50,219 bases of DNA from Clostridia bacterium (GTDB taxonomy: Bacteria; Bacillota; Sulfobacillia; RBS10-35; JAJYVM01), in NCBI GenBank assembly GCA_027314765.1, contig DAHVAF010000003.1, positions 1 to 50,219 on the forward strand, written 5' to 3'. The notes under the pieces are model-generated. The model was not told where the DNA came from, ran no database searches, and worked only from the letters and a program-made list of their open reading frames with translations. This document shows, piece after piece, positions 48,412-50,219 of the stretch. A program made the translations under genes and the position numbers. Every line of letters starts with the position of its first letter. The stretch's first letter is position 1.

Positions 48412-49629
48412 ATGAGCGCATTGGAGGGGCGCGGGCCGGGCCCAGCCGCTGGCCCCCTGGTGGGTGTGCGCGTGCTGGACGTGACGCAGGTGATGGCGGG
48501 GCCGTTCTGCGCGATGCTGCTCGCCGACCTCGGCGCGGACGTGATCAAGGTGGAGCCGCCGCGGGGCGACCAGGTGCGCGAGCAGCCGGACAAGATCGAG
48601 GGCGAGAGCTACAGCTTTCTGGCCGTCAACCGCGGCAAGCGGGGGATCGTGCTGGACCTGAAGCAGGCGGCGGGGCGGGATGCCTTCCTGCGGCTCTGCG
48701 CCGGCGCCGACGTGGTCGTGGAGAACAACCGCCCCGGCGTGATGGAGAGCCTCGGCGTCGGCTACGAGCAGGTGCGGGCGGTGAAGCCCGACATCATCTA
48801 CGCGTCGATCAGCGGCTTTGGCCAGACGGGCCCGTACGCGCCGCGCGGCGGCTACGACCTCATCGCGCAGGGCATGTCCGGCCTGATGTCCATCACGGGC
48901 GAGGAGGGGCAGGCGCCCGTCAAGTGCGGGCCGCCCGTCACCGACCTCGGGGCGGGGCTCTTTTGCTGCACGGCCGTCCTGGCGGCGCTGATCCACCGCG
49001 GGCGCACCGGCGAGGGCCAGCGCATCGACACCTCGCTGCTGGAGGCCGGGATCGCCCTGTCGGTGTGGGAGTCGGTGGAGTACTTCTCGGGGCGCGGGGT
49101 GCCGAAGCCGATGGGCTCCGCGCACCGCATGAACGGGCCCTACCAGGCCATCCGGTGCAGCGATGGCTACATCACGATCGGCGCCAACAACCAGCGGCTG
49201 TGGACGGCGTTCACCGAGGCCATCGGCCGGCCGGAACTGCTCGGCATGGAGGCCTTCAAGGACCAGCGGGGGCGGGTCGACAACCGGCACCAGCTCGCCG
49301 CCATGATCGAGGAGGTCACGACCGGGGGCACGCGGGCGCAGTGGCTGGAGCGGTTCACCGCCGCCGGCATCCCCTGCGGCCCCGTCTACGACTACGACGA
49401 GGTGTTCCACGACCCGCACGTGCTGGCGCGCGGCATGGTGCAGGAGGTCGTCTACCCGGGCGGCACGCACGCGCGCGTCGTCGGGCCGCCCGTGAAGATG
49501 AGCCGGACGCCGCCGGCGGTGCGGGGGCGCGGCGCGCGCAAGGGCGAGCACACGGCGCAGGTGCTGGCCGAGGCCGGCTACAGCGAGGCGGAGATCGCCG
49601 CCATGCGGGCGGCCGGAGTGCTGGGGTAG
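48412..49629 (+). CDS. Family III CoA-transferase (CaiB/BaiF)
   Basis: PL.GVRVLD, AGP.C...LADLGADVIKVE, NRGKR, ISGFGQTGP, GYD...Q. Confidence 0.95.
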   Translation: MSALEGRGPGPAAGPLVGVRVLDVTQVMAGPFCAMLLADLGADVIKVEPPRGDQVREQPDKIEGESYSFLAVNRGKRGIVLDLKQAAGRDAFLRLCAGADVVVENNRPGVMESLGVGYEQVRAVKPDIIYASISGFGQTGPYAPRGGYDLIAQGMSGLMSITGEEGQAPVKCGPPVTDLGAGLFCCTAVLAALIHRGRTGEGQRIDTSLLEAGIALSVWESVEYFSGRGVPKPMGSAHRMNGPYQAIRCSDGYITIGANNQRLWTAFTEAIGRPELLGMEAFKDQRGRVDNRHQLAAMIEEVTTGGTRAQWLERFTAAGIPCGPVYDYDEVFHDPHVLARGMVQEVVYPGGTHARVVGPPVKMSRTPPAVRGRGARKGEHTAQVLAEAGYSEAEIAAMRAAGVLG

Positions 49630-49727
49630 GCGGCGGACCGGCCGCGCATCGGCGGCGGACCGGCGGCGCATCGGCGGCGGATCAGCGGCGGACCGGCCGC
49701 GCATCGGCGGCGGACCGGCGGCGCAGG
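49629..49727. repeat. 11-bp tandem repeat, 9 units
   Basis: GGCGGCGGACC / GGC(C/G)GCGCATC units, mostly alternating. Confidence 0.9.
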
Positions 49728-49823
49728 CATAGACCATGGCTTGCCTTGCAGGCGGAGCGGGACGTTCCCGAGGGTCTCCGCGGTCCGGCGCTGTGAGCCG
49801 TGTGAGCGGGAGGGGAGGACGCC

Positions 49824-50219
49824 GTGGATCCGGGCCGTGGTCAGCGTGCAGCGCCGGTACCCGTCGCCGGCTCGCATGCTGGCGCGCCGGAGGACCGGGT
49901 GGCCGACCTGGCGGGGGTGTTCACGACCGTCCGGATGGGCCTGGCCGTCCTGAGCGATGCCGGCCCGGACCGGGTGTCCGTCCGCCGTGCGGTGACGGCG
50001 GAGGATCTTGACGTGGTCCTGCGCCTCCGGGCCGCGCATCATGACGGCCACCTGCTCAACCCCGGTCTCGACGCGTGGGACCGGAGCGGCCTGCTCTTTG
50101 TCGCCAGCGCCCGAGGCCTCCCGGTCGGCACCGTCCGCTGCACCCTCGGCGCGGCGGCGGATCTGCCCGAAGCCCCGCAAATCGCGCGGTTCGCGGACCT
50201 TCTGCCCGCCGGCGCCACG
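49824..50219 (+). CDS. GNAT-fold N-acyltransferase (partial, runs off window)
   Basis: Not in the ORF track. GTG after GGAGG; VRRAVTAEDL...RLR...DAWD...LFVA...G.PVGTVR. Confidence 0.6.
   Translation, partial: MDPGRGQRAAPVPVAGSHAGAPEDRVADLAGVFTTVRMGLAVLSDAGPDRVSVRRAVTAEDLDVVLRLRAAHHDGHLLNPGLDAWDRSGLLFVASARGLPVGTVRCTLGAAADLPEAPQIARFADLLPAGAT

Noticed and set aside
46674..49796. 1040-aa and other long overlapping or antisense ORFs across the window
   Set aside because: These are shadow frames expected at very high GC. They have low-complexity R/P/G/A composition, no motifs, and overlap well-supported genes.

Overview
A very GC-rich bacterial chromosomal window. GlpP, Bacillus-type IolB/IolI and GGAGG-type RBSs suggest a high-GC Bacillota, which is an inference. 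(1) 1-21.4 kb is one catabolic island. It combines myo-inositol degradation genes (iolG, LacI regulator, iolD-like, iolE, iolB, iolC, iolI), an inositol monophosphatase, glycerol/G3P genes (glpD, glpK, glpP), a glycerophosphodiester phosphodiesterase, two convergent CUT1 ABC importers (ugpBAE plus a second set) with one ATPase, and a PiT phosphate transporter. A shared LacI-type operator motif links its operons. The best reading is a complete glycerophosphoinositol / inositol-phosphodiester utilisation system. (2) 21.4-31.1 kb is respiratory. It holds a Rieske protein, a single-chain cytochrome b + subunit IV + cytochrome c fusion, two zinc-ribbon membrane paralogues, and a System I*-type cytochrome c maturation operon (CxxxY CcmE, unknown exported protein, CcmA-CcmB fusion, CcmC, CcmD; no ccmF in the window). 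(3) 31.2-35.8 kb carries mdh, malic enzyme and sucCD. (4) 35.8-50.2 kb is accessory genes: a serine hydrolase, a hendecad-repeat protein, pepC, TetR/oxidoreductase and ECF41/CMD modules, a frameshifted K+ channel with a TVGHGD filter, a crotonase/CoA-transferase pair and a partial GNAT gene. I recognised no rRNA, tRNA, CRISPR array, integrase or transposase. All calls come from reading motifs by eye; no database searches were run.
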